A stretch of 64,000 nucleotides of DNA. Origin: Octopus sinensis. Taxonomy: Eukaryota. Shown piece by piece: positions 45,101-58,109 of the stretch; the first letter of the stretch is position 1; each line of letters begins with the position of its first letter. The position numbers were made by a program, and so were the translations under genes. The stretch is from the NCBI RefSeq assembly GCF_006345805.1, contig NW_021832280.1, positions 1 through 64,000 on the forward strand. The letters are read 5' to 3'. Under the pieces are notes generated by a model that did no database searches, had not been told where the DNA came from, and saw only the letters and a program-made list of their open reading frames with translations.

Positions 45101-47787
45101 ATAGGTGAGTGGCTGGTGAGAGCCATAGAAGCCTTGTCCAAGGACACTACCAGTAAGGTGAGGGTTGGCAATGAGTACAGTGAAGAATTGAGGGTACAAG
45201 TAGGGGTTCAACAAGGATCAGTCATCAGCCCCCTCTTGTTCATTATAGTCCTCCACGCAATAACAAAGGAATTCAAGACAAGTTGCACCTGGGAGCTCCT
45301 CTATGCTAATGATCTTACTCTTATAGCTAAATCACTGAACTAGAGAAGTTCCAGGTATGGAAGCAAGGTCTAGGATCAAAGTCATAGTAAGTAGGAAGGC
45401 AGACAAATCACAAATCTCCTCAGGTAGACAGACCTGCCCGACCTATAGAAAAGGCGTAGGTAGAAACTGCATAAGATGCACCCAGTGTAAGCTTTGGACA
45501 CACAACATAAAAGATGCATAAAAGGTTAACAAGTAAAGTAGCTTTCGTATGTGGAAGGTACATAGGTACAATAACGCTGAAAATATGCAGAAAATAGACT
45601 CCATCACTGCCAGTGGGGCAAGCTAGAGGTAGTAGATAGCTTCCATTACCTAGGTGACCAAGTTAGTAGCAGAAATGGATGCTCTGAGAGTATATTGTGA
45701 GAATAAGAATAGGCTGGGCAAAGTTCAGGGAGCTCCTACCCCTGCTATCAACAAAGGCCTCTCTCTCTCTCAGAGTGAAAGGCAGATTGTATGAAACCTG
45801 TGTGTGAACAGCTATGCTGCATGGCAGTGAAACATGGGCTGTGACAGCTGAGGAGATGCGTAGGATTGAAAGAAATGAAGCCAGTATGCTTTGCTGGGTG
45901 TGCAATGTCAGTGTGCATGTTTCGCAGAGTGTAAGCATCTTGAGAGAAAAGTCAGTCATGAGAGGCATCAGATGTGGTGTGCAAGAGAGACGGCTGTGCT
46001 GGTATGGTCATGTGATGCATATGAGTGAGGACAGCTGTGTAAAGAAATGCCAATCTGTAAATGCTGAGGGAACCCATAGTAAAGGTAGACCCAGGAAGAT
46101 ATGGGACGATGTGGTGAAGCACAATTTTTGAGCCTTACAGAGGCAATGTCTAGTGACCGAGACCTTTGGTGATGTGCTGTACTTGAGAGGACCCATCAAG
46201 CCAAGTGCACCTATGCTGGTGGCAAGTAATGAACATTTTTTGAACGTTGTGCCTCATGGAGGCAAAGTGGTTGAGTTCTTTTCAAGTGTTGGGCCTCATG
46301 GTGGCAATGACCAAGAACTTTGGCATTATGTTATGCTTGAGCAGAAGACCCATGAAGCCAAGTAAAACTGCAGTCATAGCTATACCAGTGTCACATAAAT
46401 TTGCACCTGTGCCGGTGGAATGTAAACACACTCCACTGTCATGCAAATGGCACTCATGCTGATGGCATGTAAAAGCACTCATTACACTCTTGGATTGGTT
46501 GGCATTAGGAAGGGCAACCAGCCCATAGAACCACTCCAAATCAGACTGGAGCCTAGTGCAGCCTTCCAGCTTACCATCCCTGGTCAGACCGTCCAACCCA
46601 TGCCAGCCTGAACAATGGACGTTAAATGATGACAATGATGATAATGAATACTTTCTTGACAGAATTTTTTCATTCAGCCTTTGTTTTTGTTTCACTCTAC
46701 AATGTGAGCTTTTATGTCCAATTTTTCCACACTGAAAATGTTTTTTACTTTTTGGAATGGTCAATTACATTTAAAATGTAAACCTTTGCACCATAGCATG
46801 GCCCATAGCATTCAATCTTGATATATTTTTTTCTTTTCTTTTTTCTAATCCTTTACAGGTTGGCATGCATAAATATAAGAGCAATCTTTTCTTCATTTAC
46901 ATCAGTATCATGCCTTAAATTCATAATTCTCTCACATCCTTCTGCTGCACTGCCTGTAGAGTTAATTTTTGGTTCTGTTCTAATTTTGTTAATATCTGAG
47001 AATATGTACCTGCATCTTTGCTTTCGGTTAGCCCTAGAACGAAAATTAGACATTTGAACATGTCTGAGGTCAGTTTATTTAATTTGAATTTTTCACATTC
47101 TCTCTAACACCCCAACATAGGTGACGAAATTTCCATCATATTTTGCAACCAAATTTAAATACTGCCAGTGAGTATTGAACCGGGAACTCATTTCATTGAA
47201 AATTTTCAATAAAATTTTTCCTCAAAACAAATCTCAGCTTGATTCTTCAGCAGGGATAACTTTCTTAAAAGTGGTCCACTTCTTCTTGTCAGTCCAGTTT
47301 TGACATTCTTGTTCAAGATTTCTTCGTCTCTTCAAAAATGTGCAGAAAATGTTGTTCCTTCTTCTTCTTCTGAGTCATAACTGAACTCTCCTCCAGTTCA
47401 GTTTACTCCATTATCTGCTGACAATGACTATGACATACTTTTGGATATCTTGAATATTACATGCACCAACTGTTGGTTTTGTTGTTGTTGCTGCTTTTGC
47501 AACTGCACTATGCAGGCCAATAAGTCCTCCATGTTAACGATTTTTTCGTACAAAAAAATTTGAGCGTCTGAATGCAAGCTTCAAACACCTCATCATCACT
47601 TTTACATTCTTGTTGTTTGGATATAGGATTAAAATGGAAGCTGGGCAAAAGCAATGTATTCACATGACACACTACTAATACTTCAACGTCAGACTCCAAA
47701 TGCCTTCTGCCTCTCAATGAAGTACATTACTCTTTTATGAATCTACTTTCAATCCCACAGGGGCGTTACTCTCTATTCACCACAACA
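42126..47787 (-). mobile_element. Ty3/Gypsy 5' half: 5' LTR, gag with zinc knuckle, protease, RT, RNase H N-terminal part (interrupted by RTE 43628-46646)
   Basis: LTR starts TGTTGTGGTGA at 47787; gag MEDLLACIVQLQKQQQ..; CGKIGHKSSHC; protease LDTSSD (~43570); FSKLDLSEAYLQV; IGAVILH..YCQIEKEG..FHKFI. Confidence 0.85.
43628..46646 (+). mobile_element. RTE LINE, APE-RT-3' UTR, degenerate
   Basis: VAGDFN..LQHRLVISDF..QFGFVQGRSTPDAIF..FVDLEKAFD..QQGSVISPLLF..LHGSETW; tail GGACGTTAAATGATG. Confidence 0.9.
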
Positions 47788-47829
47788 TAACTACTACCCC
47801 ACGTCCTGCATAGATCAATAAGTTAGTGT

Positions 47830-48480
47830 CTACTATATTTTAGTACCTATCCTACTGATAACAGAATATACTTTTCTGGTAACATCTAGCAACTTCCTCT
47901 TAATGCTAGTCATCTTTTTCCTGTCTTCTTTACCCATTACTTCCTTCAACTTATTTAAAATCTGCTCATCTTCCTCACTTATGTTGCTGGTATCAGGTTT
48001 CTTTTCCTGATCAGTTATTGTTTTGTCTTCTAGGCTCTTCATTTGCTTGAACTGTATCACTGATGTTGTTTAGCTGTTCTAATTCTTGACTCTCTCTCTT
48101 TTTGTTGTCTTGTGATCTTTTCCATCGCCAATTCTGTCATCCACTTTCTTCTCCTAATAGCATTAGCTTAGTTCACTAGTCTCTGCTCTGTTACTTCAAA
48201 CATACATTTTTTTTTGCAGCCAAAGCATTAACATGCGTTTCCTGTAACCCCTACTTTGGATTCACTTTCTAGATAGAGCTGCACCATTGACCCCATTTCC
48301 TTCTTCAACCACTGCTGAGTGAGAAGCCTTCCCTTAAAGGTCTAGCCTCATTTGTTATCACTAGAGTTTCTGTATAAATTCAGGTCTCTCACAACCTGAA
48401 TTAAGGCAATGTTCATCTGTGTTTTTTATCTTGACTGCTTCAAAATGCATCTGACATTGTTATTTCCTTTCTTATCATTA
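47830..48480 (-). mobile_element. R4/Dong-like LINE N-terminal fragment
   Basis: EDEQILNKLKEVMGKEDRKKMTSI..; similar to the N-terminal part of 50765-53083. Confidence 0.5.
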
Positions 48481-48559
48481 TTACTATTGCTGTTAATTTA
48501 TGCTCCAGTTACCAGCTTAGTAATGACTAGGATATTTTAGTAAATTCTGTATTATCACT

Positions 48560-48862
48560 ATCATCATCATCATTTACCATCTGTTGTCCATGCTGGCATG
48601 GGTTGGATGGTTTGACTGAGCTGGCATGTTGGAAGGCTGCACCAGACTTCATTCTGATTCGGCAGTTTTCTATGGCTGGATGCCCTTCCTAATGCCAACC
48701 ACTCCAAGAGTGTAATGGGTGCTTTTATGTGCCACTGGCATGGGTGCCATTTGCGTGACCTTGACTGTATCTGCCATGACTGTGATTTTGCTTAGCTTGA
48801 TGGGTCTTCTTCTTAAGCATGACATAATGCCAAAGGTCTTGGCCATTGCCTCTGTGAGGCCC
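48560..48862 (-). mobile_element. RTE 3' end
   Basis: (CAT)n, CCATGCTGGCATGGGTTGG, GGATGCCCTTCCTAATGCC. Confidence 0.8.
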
Positions 48863-49209
48863 GTTCAAATTTAGTTGAATGCAACAGAAATTATCTTTTT
48901 TGTTAGGGTTTCTCAAAATATTTATCATTAGACATCATTCACTATTCAAGAGTCCCAAGATGGTAGCAGTGATGTACAAGATGGTAATATATAGCAATAA
49001 TTAAAGAGCAGTTGATATCACTCCCCACAGGGATAAGTGATAGTCTTTTTCAGGTTAACTTCATTATTTCAGGAACTTATAACTCTTCACTAAACAGAAA
49101 AACAGAAAACACTAGAATTATATTTAATTTTGAAGCCTGAACATAAGAAATCTTCTGCTGCTTGTTTGGTTATTTTTCATTGACAAAATGAACATTTCTT
49201 CTATATCAG

Positions 49210-49418
49210 ATGATGAAGATATAGATGATGAAGATGATGAAGATAAAGAAATAGAATATGATGTCTCTGCTGGTCAAAAGACGTTGGTGTCACATTGAAA
49301 TTCTTTGCTAAATACCAAAATCTTGACAATGCTATAGAAACTGTTAAAAGGAGTACGATACGATTCTCTATTAACAACTGAGAAAATACCATTTGATGTG
49401 GACTTGACAGAATCTCGA
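49210..49418 (+). CDS. Candidate next exon of the macrodomain gene (209 bp, phase 1 to 0) with two compensating 1-nt frameshifts
   Basis: CATTTCTTCTATATCAG acceptor, GTAAGT donor; phase fits exon 34392. Corrected read: DDEDIDDEDDEDKEIEYDVSAGQKDVGVTLKFFAKYQNLDNAIETVKGVRYDSLLTTEKIPFDVDLTESR. Confidence 0.45.
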
Positions 49419-49544
49419 GTAAGTTGTCCACAACAATACAGGGTTCTTATTTAATTATTTATTTATTTATTTATTATCTCCATATTATTACACCTGCACC
49501 GTCGGTGTTTATCTTGCTAAGGGAGATAAGTCAGGATTAAATTC

Positions 49545-50745
49545 AAGCTATTTCCCTTGGCTTCTGTACTAGCGTTGCTACAACTCTCTTGCAAGGTAGT
49601 GGTAAATCTTCACAGTATATTCAAGCTTCCATTTCCTTTGAGTGAAATAAATGTGCAATGTTCCACCAAATTCTGATCAAGGAAACATTCTTAGGCAAGT
49701 AAAAGTCTTCAGTATTGACGAAGCTTCAATGATACCAGTTTATGCTTTGGAAGCTGTAGACAATTGTTTAAGAGCTATTATGAATAGTAACAGTATATTT
49801 GGTGGGAAAATTATTGTACTAGGAGGAGATGTTAGATAAGTTCTCCCAGTTATTCCCAGAGCTCCTCCTGCAGCTGGACTTGATGCCTGCCTCAAACGCT
49901 CCTCTATGTGGGATAATTTTCATCAAATGCAACTTACACAAAACATGAAAACAAATGCAAATGGACAAGATTTTCCGAAGTGGCTGCTACAACTTGGAAG
50001 TGGATTTCTTCAAAGCTCTCTTGATGATCTTTCAGAAGATGCTATTGATATTCCTGAGGCATGCATGTGTAACAATTCTATGGTATCTAATATATTTGAC
50101 AATTGTACAGCAGAAGAAATGAAAAATAGAGTGATCTTATTCCCTAAAACTTCAGACTGCTCAGCAGTAAATGAAGAAATTCTAAGGAGATTGCCCCCTG
50201 AAACTAAGACATATCTAAGCACCGACTCAATAACTTCTGATAATGAAGAAGAAGCCCAGAATTATCCCATGGAGTTTATAAACTCTCTTACACCTTCTGG
50301 AATGCCTCCCCATCACCTTAACTTGAAAGTTGGAGCAATTATTATGCTTCTTAGAAACCTCTCTATAACACAAGCTCTATGCAACGGAACTCTCTTGGAA
50401 GTACTTCAGCTCCATGAGCATAGCATCGAAGCATCAATTATAAGTGGATCTCATTCTCACACGAGAGAACTGATTCCAAGAATCAAACTTACTCCAAGCA
50501 ATACAAACATTCCATGCATTCTGCATCGGACCCAGTTCCTAGTTTGTCTGTCCTATTCTATGACAATCAATAAAGCACAATGGCAATCATTCAATAGAGT
50601 TGGTATACATTTGCCAGAGCCATGCTTCACTCGTGGCCAGCTTTATGTAGCTTTTTCAAGAGCAAGAGCAATGAATGACGGTTAAAGTGATACCTCAAAA
50701 CCAATCTACTCATGGTCGCATATACTTTCATACAATAACTTAATA
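49545..50745 (+). mobile_element. Helitron RepHel PIF1-type helicase remnant
   Basis: IDEASM, GGDxR*VLPV, LTQNM, LKVGAIIMLLRNL, LCNGT, MTINKAQ, FTRGQLYVAFSR. Walker A, Rep domain and termini are absent. Confidence 0.85.
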
Positions 50746-50764
50746 TATATTTATATTATTAATA

Positions 50765-53083
50765 AATATAAAGGATAATAGAAGTCAGGGAACTGACTTG
50801 GGATTCATCTTTACCAAAATGTTTGAGGTCATCCATGAATAACAAATGGTTGACTTTTTGTTGGCAGCTTTTGAATACACACCCAGCCTTTGCTTTCCTC
50901 AGAATCAGTGTTAATGGTATTAAGCACAGTACAAAGATCAGTGGGGACAGACAGTCCCCTTGGAAGATGCCCCTCCTAATTTCTCCTGTCCCTAAACTTC
51001 TTCCGTATGCTGTCAGGTCCGTCCTCCAATTCACCATACTTTTACCAAGCAATCGCTCAACACTTGATGCATTACCAAATAGGCTCATCATACTCATAAT
51101 CCAAGAACGTGGAATCATAACATATGCCTTACGATAGTCGATCCATGACATAGCTAAGTTACTTGTCCTCCTCTTGCAGTCTCTGAGTACATTTTTATCT
51201 ATCAGGAGTTGATCTTTGATACTTCTGCACTTATACTTGCAACCCTTCTGCTCATGTGGGAGGACTCCATTTTTTTCCAGACGTTCTTACATTGACTCTG
51301 CGAGTATTCCAGTCAAGAACTTCCGCATAAGTGGCAAGCAGGATATCAGCCTGTAATTGTCTACTGTAGTGACTTTTTCAATGTTTTACAAGCACAGTAC
51401 TGTCCTACCCAATGTCAACTACTCTGGTGTTCCTTGGTCGACATTTAACAAGGTGTTGAGTTGTGCAGCTATTCGTGCGTGACATTCACCAAATCTCTTG
51501 ATCCAGTAACCTTGAACTCCATCTGGTCCTGGTGCCTTCAAGTTGCCAATTTTTTTTTTGCTTTTTTGCTGATTTCCTTCACTTCCCTAACTGAAATGGC
51601 TAGTTCTGCCTGTTTTGGACAGACCACTGTTTGTTTCAGTTCTTGCAACCATTCAGCATTCTTCTCTTTGCTCCAGATGTCACTCCAAAACCTTTGACTT
51701 TCGATGTTATCTGGTATCAACTTTTCACCTGTACATTCTCCATTTATTTCTTTATAGAATCTCTTCTGATCTAAATTTAAAAACCTGTTCTGGTGGTAAC
51801 CCTTCATTCTTTGGCCGAATCTTACCATCTTTGCTTTCTTTGCAACAAGGCACTGTTTCAGTTCCCCCATTACCACTTTCAGGCCCTTTCTTTCAATATT
51901 ATACTTCCTTTTCAGCACCTGTATTTTTGTTAGCTTTTAAGCTCCCGTTTCTCTTTTCAGTCTAACACAGAAATTTCCTACGAGAGCATGTCTAACCCTG
52001 CCTGGTTCCTTCTTTTCCACCATGGATCTTTTCTTTTGTCACTCCCATTATGTTTCTTTTTCTTGACATCGACACCCACGTTCTACAACAATACTTGCTG
52101 CCATGATCAAATTATTTGTTTCTGTGATGTTGTTTGTTCTGATGTATTTCAGAATTTCATTCACATTTTTCGTCTCTGGTTCACCTTCCACCGGTCAACA
52201 TTTTTAAGGTTGCAAATAATGTTACTATTGTTCTCCTGTAGTCTTATCTTTATTCTGTCGTAGATTGCCTTTTGTTCGTCTGTCATGTCGCCATTATTTT
52301 TATTGTCTTCTTTTAGATCATCTATTTGTCTCTCATCAAGTTAACTACCACTGCTCCTCTCTTGTGCTATGGATTACTTTTATTATTAAGAACGTATTTT
52401 CATCGTTATTTCTGCTGCTATTTTCCATGACCCGTCTTTTGATAGCTTCAAGCTCTACTTCGGTGAACTAACAATTTTTTCTTATTGCTCTAGAGCAGGG
52501 GTGGGCAAACTTTTTTGATCACGGGCCGCACAGTGCGTCTTTGGAACCTTGGCGGGCCTCATTTATAAAAATCAAGTGAAAATATTTTTAAAGGCGGTTA
52601 TAGACCTATAAACACACAATTGATTGAAAGGAAATTTTGTGAAATATTCCTCTCGGCGGGCCGCATGAAAACCTATGGCGGGCCGCATGCGGCCCGTGGG
52701 CCGTAGTTTGCCCACCCCTGCTCTAGAGTCATCCCATAACCCCTTATTTGAGTACCATTTTCATCTACCTGGCTGCTTAGGTAGCAATACTCCATGACCA
52801 CAGCATTAATTTGCTTGCTCCATCTACTCCGTGTGTGGTGGTCCCTTTCTGGATATCGACAGGTTGGAGCTGGACCAGATTCTCTGAGCCTACCAGGTGT
52901 AACTCTGTCACCAAAATTGGCTTCAGTTTCATTCCCACCATCATTCACAATATTTTGTTTTTTCGTTGACACTCATATGAGGTGGCCATTATCGGGTTGC
53001 GTAATTACCAGTGTTTTTATTGTGACACCATCACTAGATGTATCTTTAATCAGGACATGGGGAGACTCCACCCGCTTCCTTCC
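50765..53083 (-). mobile_element. R4/Dong-like LINE 5' half (5' UTR, N-terminal domain, RT to YxDD), starting right at a (TAA)n tract
   Basis: RSRWSKQINAVVMEYC; RFWSDIW; [29 protein letters not shown]. Confidence 0.85.
52496..52720. mobile_element. hAT/Charlie-type MITE (225 bp) with 8-bp TSD CTCTAGAG
   Basis: TIR CAGGGGTGGGCAAACT / AGTTTGCCCACCCCTG. TSD at 52488-52495 and 52721-52728. Splits the LINE ORF. Confidence 0.95.
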
Positions 53084-53107
53084 ATTATTATTATTATTGT
53101 TATTATA

Positions 53108-53138
<31 letters not shown>

Positions 53139-53148
53139 TATCATTATC

Positions 53149-53192
<44 letters not shown>

Positions 53193-53194
<2 letters not shown>

Positions 53195-56169
53195 GTTTGA
53201 CTTTTGCTTTATATTTGTACAAGTTGGCTCCATGTCTCACCCAGAGACCTCAAGAGACAACAGGTTGGAAGTTCACGTTGTGTTATGCCTAGTGTGCCAT
53301 ATATTTGGTTTTTTTTTTGGTGTTGTACTAGTGAATGTCTAATAAATAAATAAATAAATAAAATTGTTTGTTTTAAACCTTGAGATTACATAGAGAGTAT
53401 TTTGCGTAGGATATAAGCAGTTCCTATGAGCACTATCTTTTGAATTTCTGCCATTTTGGGGTTTCCTGGTATCTGAGTTAGGTAGCAATCAGCCCCTTTC
53501 GCTATCATTCCCAGGGCACCTATGACAACAGGTATTGTTTTAGTCTTCAGGTTCCACATTTTGCTGATTTCTATTTCAAGATCTTTATATTTGCTCAGTT
53601 TTGGTAGGTCTTGACAGATAGTTTATATAGATTGGGACAGTCATATCAATGAGGAGGCATGTTCTTTGTCTGAAGTCTTTCAGTATGATGTCTGGCCTAT
53701 TTCATATCTTTCTGTTATTTGAATAGTTCCTGAGATGTGATCATTTTAAGCAGGAGGAGTTGGATTGTTTTTTTCACTGGAGGTAGATCGTGTTCACACC
53801 AGTTTTTTTCATGGGGCAAACAGGTTTTTGCAAATTACCCAGTGAATATATTGTGCAGTTCTATCATGCCTGTTGAGATACTCTGTAGGCGCTAGAAGAC
53901 TGCACTTGGAGACAACATGATCAATGGTTTCATTTTGCTGTTGACATACACGACATGTTGGGCTACTGCTGTTCTTTAATATGTTGGTCTGGTAGTTCCT
54001 TGTAGGTAGGCATTGATCTTGAGCTGCTATGATAAACCCTTCTGTTTCAGATTTTAAGCCACAGGCCATTAGCCATTGATGGGTCAGGGCTTTGTCAACA
54101 TCTGCATCATTCACTCTCTTTGGGTATTTGCCATAGAGAAGTTTTTCTTGCCATTTATCCGTAAGAATATCTAAGGCAGCAGTTTTAGCACGTGTTTTCA
54201 TGCGCTTAGCTTTTTCTGTGCTTGTTTCTTGTGTGTCTAATTCCAAAATTTGTTGTATTCGGAATTCACTTAGATATTCCTTTGCCTGTTTTGTTACTGA
54301 GTATGATGCTTTTGTGTTTCATGTTTTGAGACAAGTTTTAACATCCAGTCCTCAGAGTTTTTAGGTAGGTGTCTCTAGGCCAATTGTAGCAATCTTCATT
54401 GTTATTGCCAGTTGTAAAAGACCATGACTTCCCTCTTTTTGGCAGATAAAGTCGCTCTATATCTGCCTTAGGGTGGTGCATTCTATGCATTGTCAACAGG
54501 TTTTGTATTTTTATGTCAAGATTACAGATTTCAGTAATTGACCAGTTAACGATATTGAAACTGTAAGTCACGACTGGTCTGGCTAAAGCATTGATCGCTT
54601 CGATCCTGTTTCTTGCATTCAGCTCTGTCTTGAGTATTGCTCTCACTCTTCGATAACATTCTCTCCTGATCCTTTCCTTCATCTGTGAATGCCTTATTCC
54701 GTCCCCTTCAATTACCCCTAGGTACTTGTAGCTCTCCGCTGGGTGTAATTCTTTTATGACATTCTGCTGGTCAAGGTTGACGTTAGATGTTTCTGTCATT
54801 TTTCCTTTGATAAAGGTAGCTTTTGCACATTTATCGAGGCCAAATTGCACTCTGATGTCGTCACTGAATTGTTTGTATCGCTAGTAAGTTCTTGAGTTGT
54901 TGGTCATTTTTTGCAAAAAGCTTTAAATCATCCATGTAAATGAGATGATTTATATTTTTATCAAACATTTTATACCCGTACTGTGCAACATTGAGCAGTT
55001 TTGAGAGAGGTATTAAGGCTAAACAAAAGAGGAGTGGTGACAGTGAGTCACCCTGGAAAATGCCACACGAAATGTTTACATCACCAGCATTTAGAGATTC
55101 ATTGTGACTGTTCAAAGTTAGTGTGGTTCTCCATGATCTCATACTTACAGTCAAAAAGTTTTGCAGAGTAGGTGCTATCTTATACATTTCCAGGCATTTC
55201 CTAATCCAGCTATGTGGTAGGCTATCAAAAGCCTTTTTATAGTCTATCCAGGCTATTGATAAGTTTTTGTGTTGTTTGTGGCAATCTTCTAAGATCATCT
55301 TATTGATGAGTAGTTGATCTTTACAACCATAGGATCCACGTTTACATCCTTTCTGTTCATTAGGGAATATGCTGCTGTCTATTAAAAAACTATAGGACAG
55401 ATGTTAGCGTTTTATACATAGTTGTTAAGCTGGTTATGGGTCTATAGTTTTTTGGTTCATTTGTTTCTTCACTTTTTGGAAGCAGGAATGTTAACCCATT
55501 AACTAGCCAAGGAGGCATCCTACTAGGTTGTTGCAAAACATCATTGTAAAGTTCTGTTAGCAGTTCATGGCTCTCTGGGAAGGCATTCAGCCAGAAGTTA
55601 GGAATTTTATCCTTTCCTGGAGACTTCCATTTACTTGCCCTCCTGAGAGCAGATCTTATATCTTCTACCTTGACACCCTCCCACTTTTGCTCTTCTAAGG
55701 GGTCCAGTTCTGTAGATATTCTGTCAATCCAGGGGGCCTTTTCGTTGTGTATTTTTTCTTCTGCCCAAATTTTATTCCAAAATCCCTGCACTTCTTCTTT
55801 TGATGGTACAGACCTTACAGTAACTGCTGTTTTTCCTATCTTCCTGTAAAACATTTTGGGGTTATTTTTGAACATGTTGTTGTCCTTGAAAAATCTAACA
55901 CGCTTTTCATACCTCGCTATGCGGGCAGCTTTGGCAGATACCTTTTGCTTGATGGTTTCTATGGTGGCATCAATATCAAGTATAGTTTTCATATTGTATT
56001 TTTTCATTAATTTTTGGGTTTTTGTAGGTTTGGTAGTCTTGTGAACCTTAAGGTTTTTCAAATATTCAATGTCAGATCTAAATAGTTTAATTTGTTGTTG
56101 CAGACGCTCTTGCCAAGAAGGCTTTTTGTGGGAATGTTGCCATTTTCTAATCTTTACACCACATAAGGA

Positions 56170-56170
<1 letters not shown>
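53193..56170 (-). mobile_element. R4/Dong-like LINE, 5'-truncated (RT-ZnF-RLE-3' UTR), (TAA)n on both sides
   Basis: WKSPGKDKIPNFWL..NYRPITSL; [31 protein letters not shown]; CRVCQQQNETIDHVVSKC..RHD. Confidence 0.9.
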
Positions 56171-56214
<44 letters not shown>

Positions 56215-56256
56215 CATCATTATTATCATTATCATTATTATTATCATTATTATTAT

Positions 56257-56717
56257 TGAGTGAAAGGGCAATAGATGCCATCAAAGTGACACTGGGGTAT
56301 AAATATACGGAGCCCAGTATACCCACCATGACTACCCATCTGAAAAGGATACAACAGCCACATGCATCACAACCATATGTATGTGACATGGTGATCTCAT
56401 ATCAAGATAAATAGTGTATGACCTTGCAAGTGGGGCCCAGTTAAAATTTTCTTCAGGTCAAGTAGCCCATCCTTCTCAAAAGGTCCCTGAATAAAGGTGA
56501 TGTACAAAACACCCATATTTCCAGGGATGAATTATTCAAACTCCAAAGAATTCCTCTCAACACATGGCTCAACTGGTTACAGTCAAACAACTGACAAGCA
56601 AGTCTATGGTATTGAGTGGAATAATTGCTGCAACCCATCTTTTATACCAAAACAATGTACATGATAACACATCCAAAAGTCATGAGGGCCACTGCCTGGA
56701 AGAGCATCAGGGCATTT
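56257..56717 (-). mobile_element. (TAA)n-tailed SINE-like repeat, single diverged copy without 5' reiteration
   Basis: Colinear with 20355-20912. Confidence 0.75.
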
Positions 56718-56740
56718 ACTATTTTTTTTATTATTATTAT

Positions 56741-57600
56741 TTGTTTTTCTTTCAATTTTGTTTCCATTTCTTGCCGAGTGTCTTCCTGACACCCAGGGGA
56801 AAAAAAACCTCACTTTGTACATTGATAGGCAATTAAAATAAACACACCAGGTTGTTCATTTACAAAATCAAATGAAGTTATGTAGAAAACAAAATTTACA
56901 CGGATGGTTATCATTCTCATATCAACAATTTTCTACTAAACATGTAACGTATCAGTTAACACAACCATTTGTACTTCTTGTGCTGGGGTCATTCTCATAT
57001 AATTTTCAGTTCCTTTTTTGATCAGTCCAAATGTTCTTACAATCACTGGCACTGTAACCACATTTTCCAATTTCAATGAGAAAATTTTATGTTATTATTC
57101 ATATATGTACAACAGATTAGACTGTTGAAAAGAAAAATCCTAACATCAGGCTACAACAGAGTAACCTTAGATGCCAAGAACCCTCCTAAGCATCCAAGCT
57201 GTCCTAATAACACTGTTTTCTGGAACTGTACTAAATTATGTGTTATGCCTATTTCCTCTATCCATCTGTTCGAATCTTTAGCGATAGTTCCCAATGCACC
57301 TATAACTACTGGAATAGATTTTACCCGCACTTTCCATAGTCTCTGTAATTCAGTGGTTGGGTCCTGGTACTTTGCTATTTTTTTCTAAACCATTTATATT
57401 GACTTTCTCATCATTTGGGACTGTAAAGTCAATTATCTGGCACTTTCTATTCTCTTTATCTACTGCTACTAAACCAGGCCTTCTAGCTTCTATTACTCTG
57501 CCAGTCTGAATGTTAAACTCCCACAACATCTTGTAATACTTACTTTCTAGTAGTTTGTTTCCTTTAATTTATTTGGTATTTTTTAATAACTTGTGTCTGT
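56741..57600 (-). mobile_element. Two RLE-LINE 3' fragments (56741-57090 and 57100-57600)
   Basis: 3' UTR of the same family as 34490 and 41050. EKIAKYQD..LQRLWKVRVKSIPVVIGALGTI. Confidence 0.75.
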
Positions 57601-57992
57601 TTGAATCTACATGTTGCTCTTTATCAAGAGAATTGTAAAACATGAATGTCAGTATAAAACAAGGGGGAAACAATAGGTGATCCATCACTGCTCTCAAAGC
57701 CACTCACCTGAGGTTGTGTGAGTGCCCAGCTATTGCTGCATCCAATTTTTATATTTATATAATATGTGTATTATATGAAACACTCAGCAAGTGACAGCTG
57801 TTGCTAATGCCCACATTTTGATTAAATCCGGTTCATTCCATTTTCTGGTATTAGGAATTTTTTTAGCATGGATTTTGTATATACTGATTGATTCCCACAT
57901 ATTTATCCAGCAAAAGGAATATTTCTGCAGTATGATAGCATATGATTAGCATATGATAGCCAATAACCTTAGAAGAGCACAAATGAATAATA

Positions 57993-58028
<36 letters not shown>

Positions 58029-58109
58029 TAATAATGATAATAATGATAATAATAATAATAATAATAATAATAAAATGATAATAATAATAATGATAATAAT
58101 AATAATAAT

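Noticed and set aside
49906-50685. Cellular PIF1 helicase gene
   Set aside because: Intronless, with stops and frameshifts, no Walker A, Helitron-type motifs, and cut off by a LINE.
52985-53083. HDV-like ribozyme at the 5' end of the Dong-like LINE
   Set aside because: A P2-like (CGGG/CCCG) and P3-like (UGG/CCA) pairing and a GCAA joint exist, but P1 is poor and no P1.1 GG/CC can be formed.
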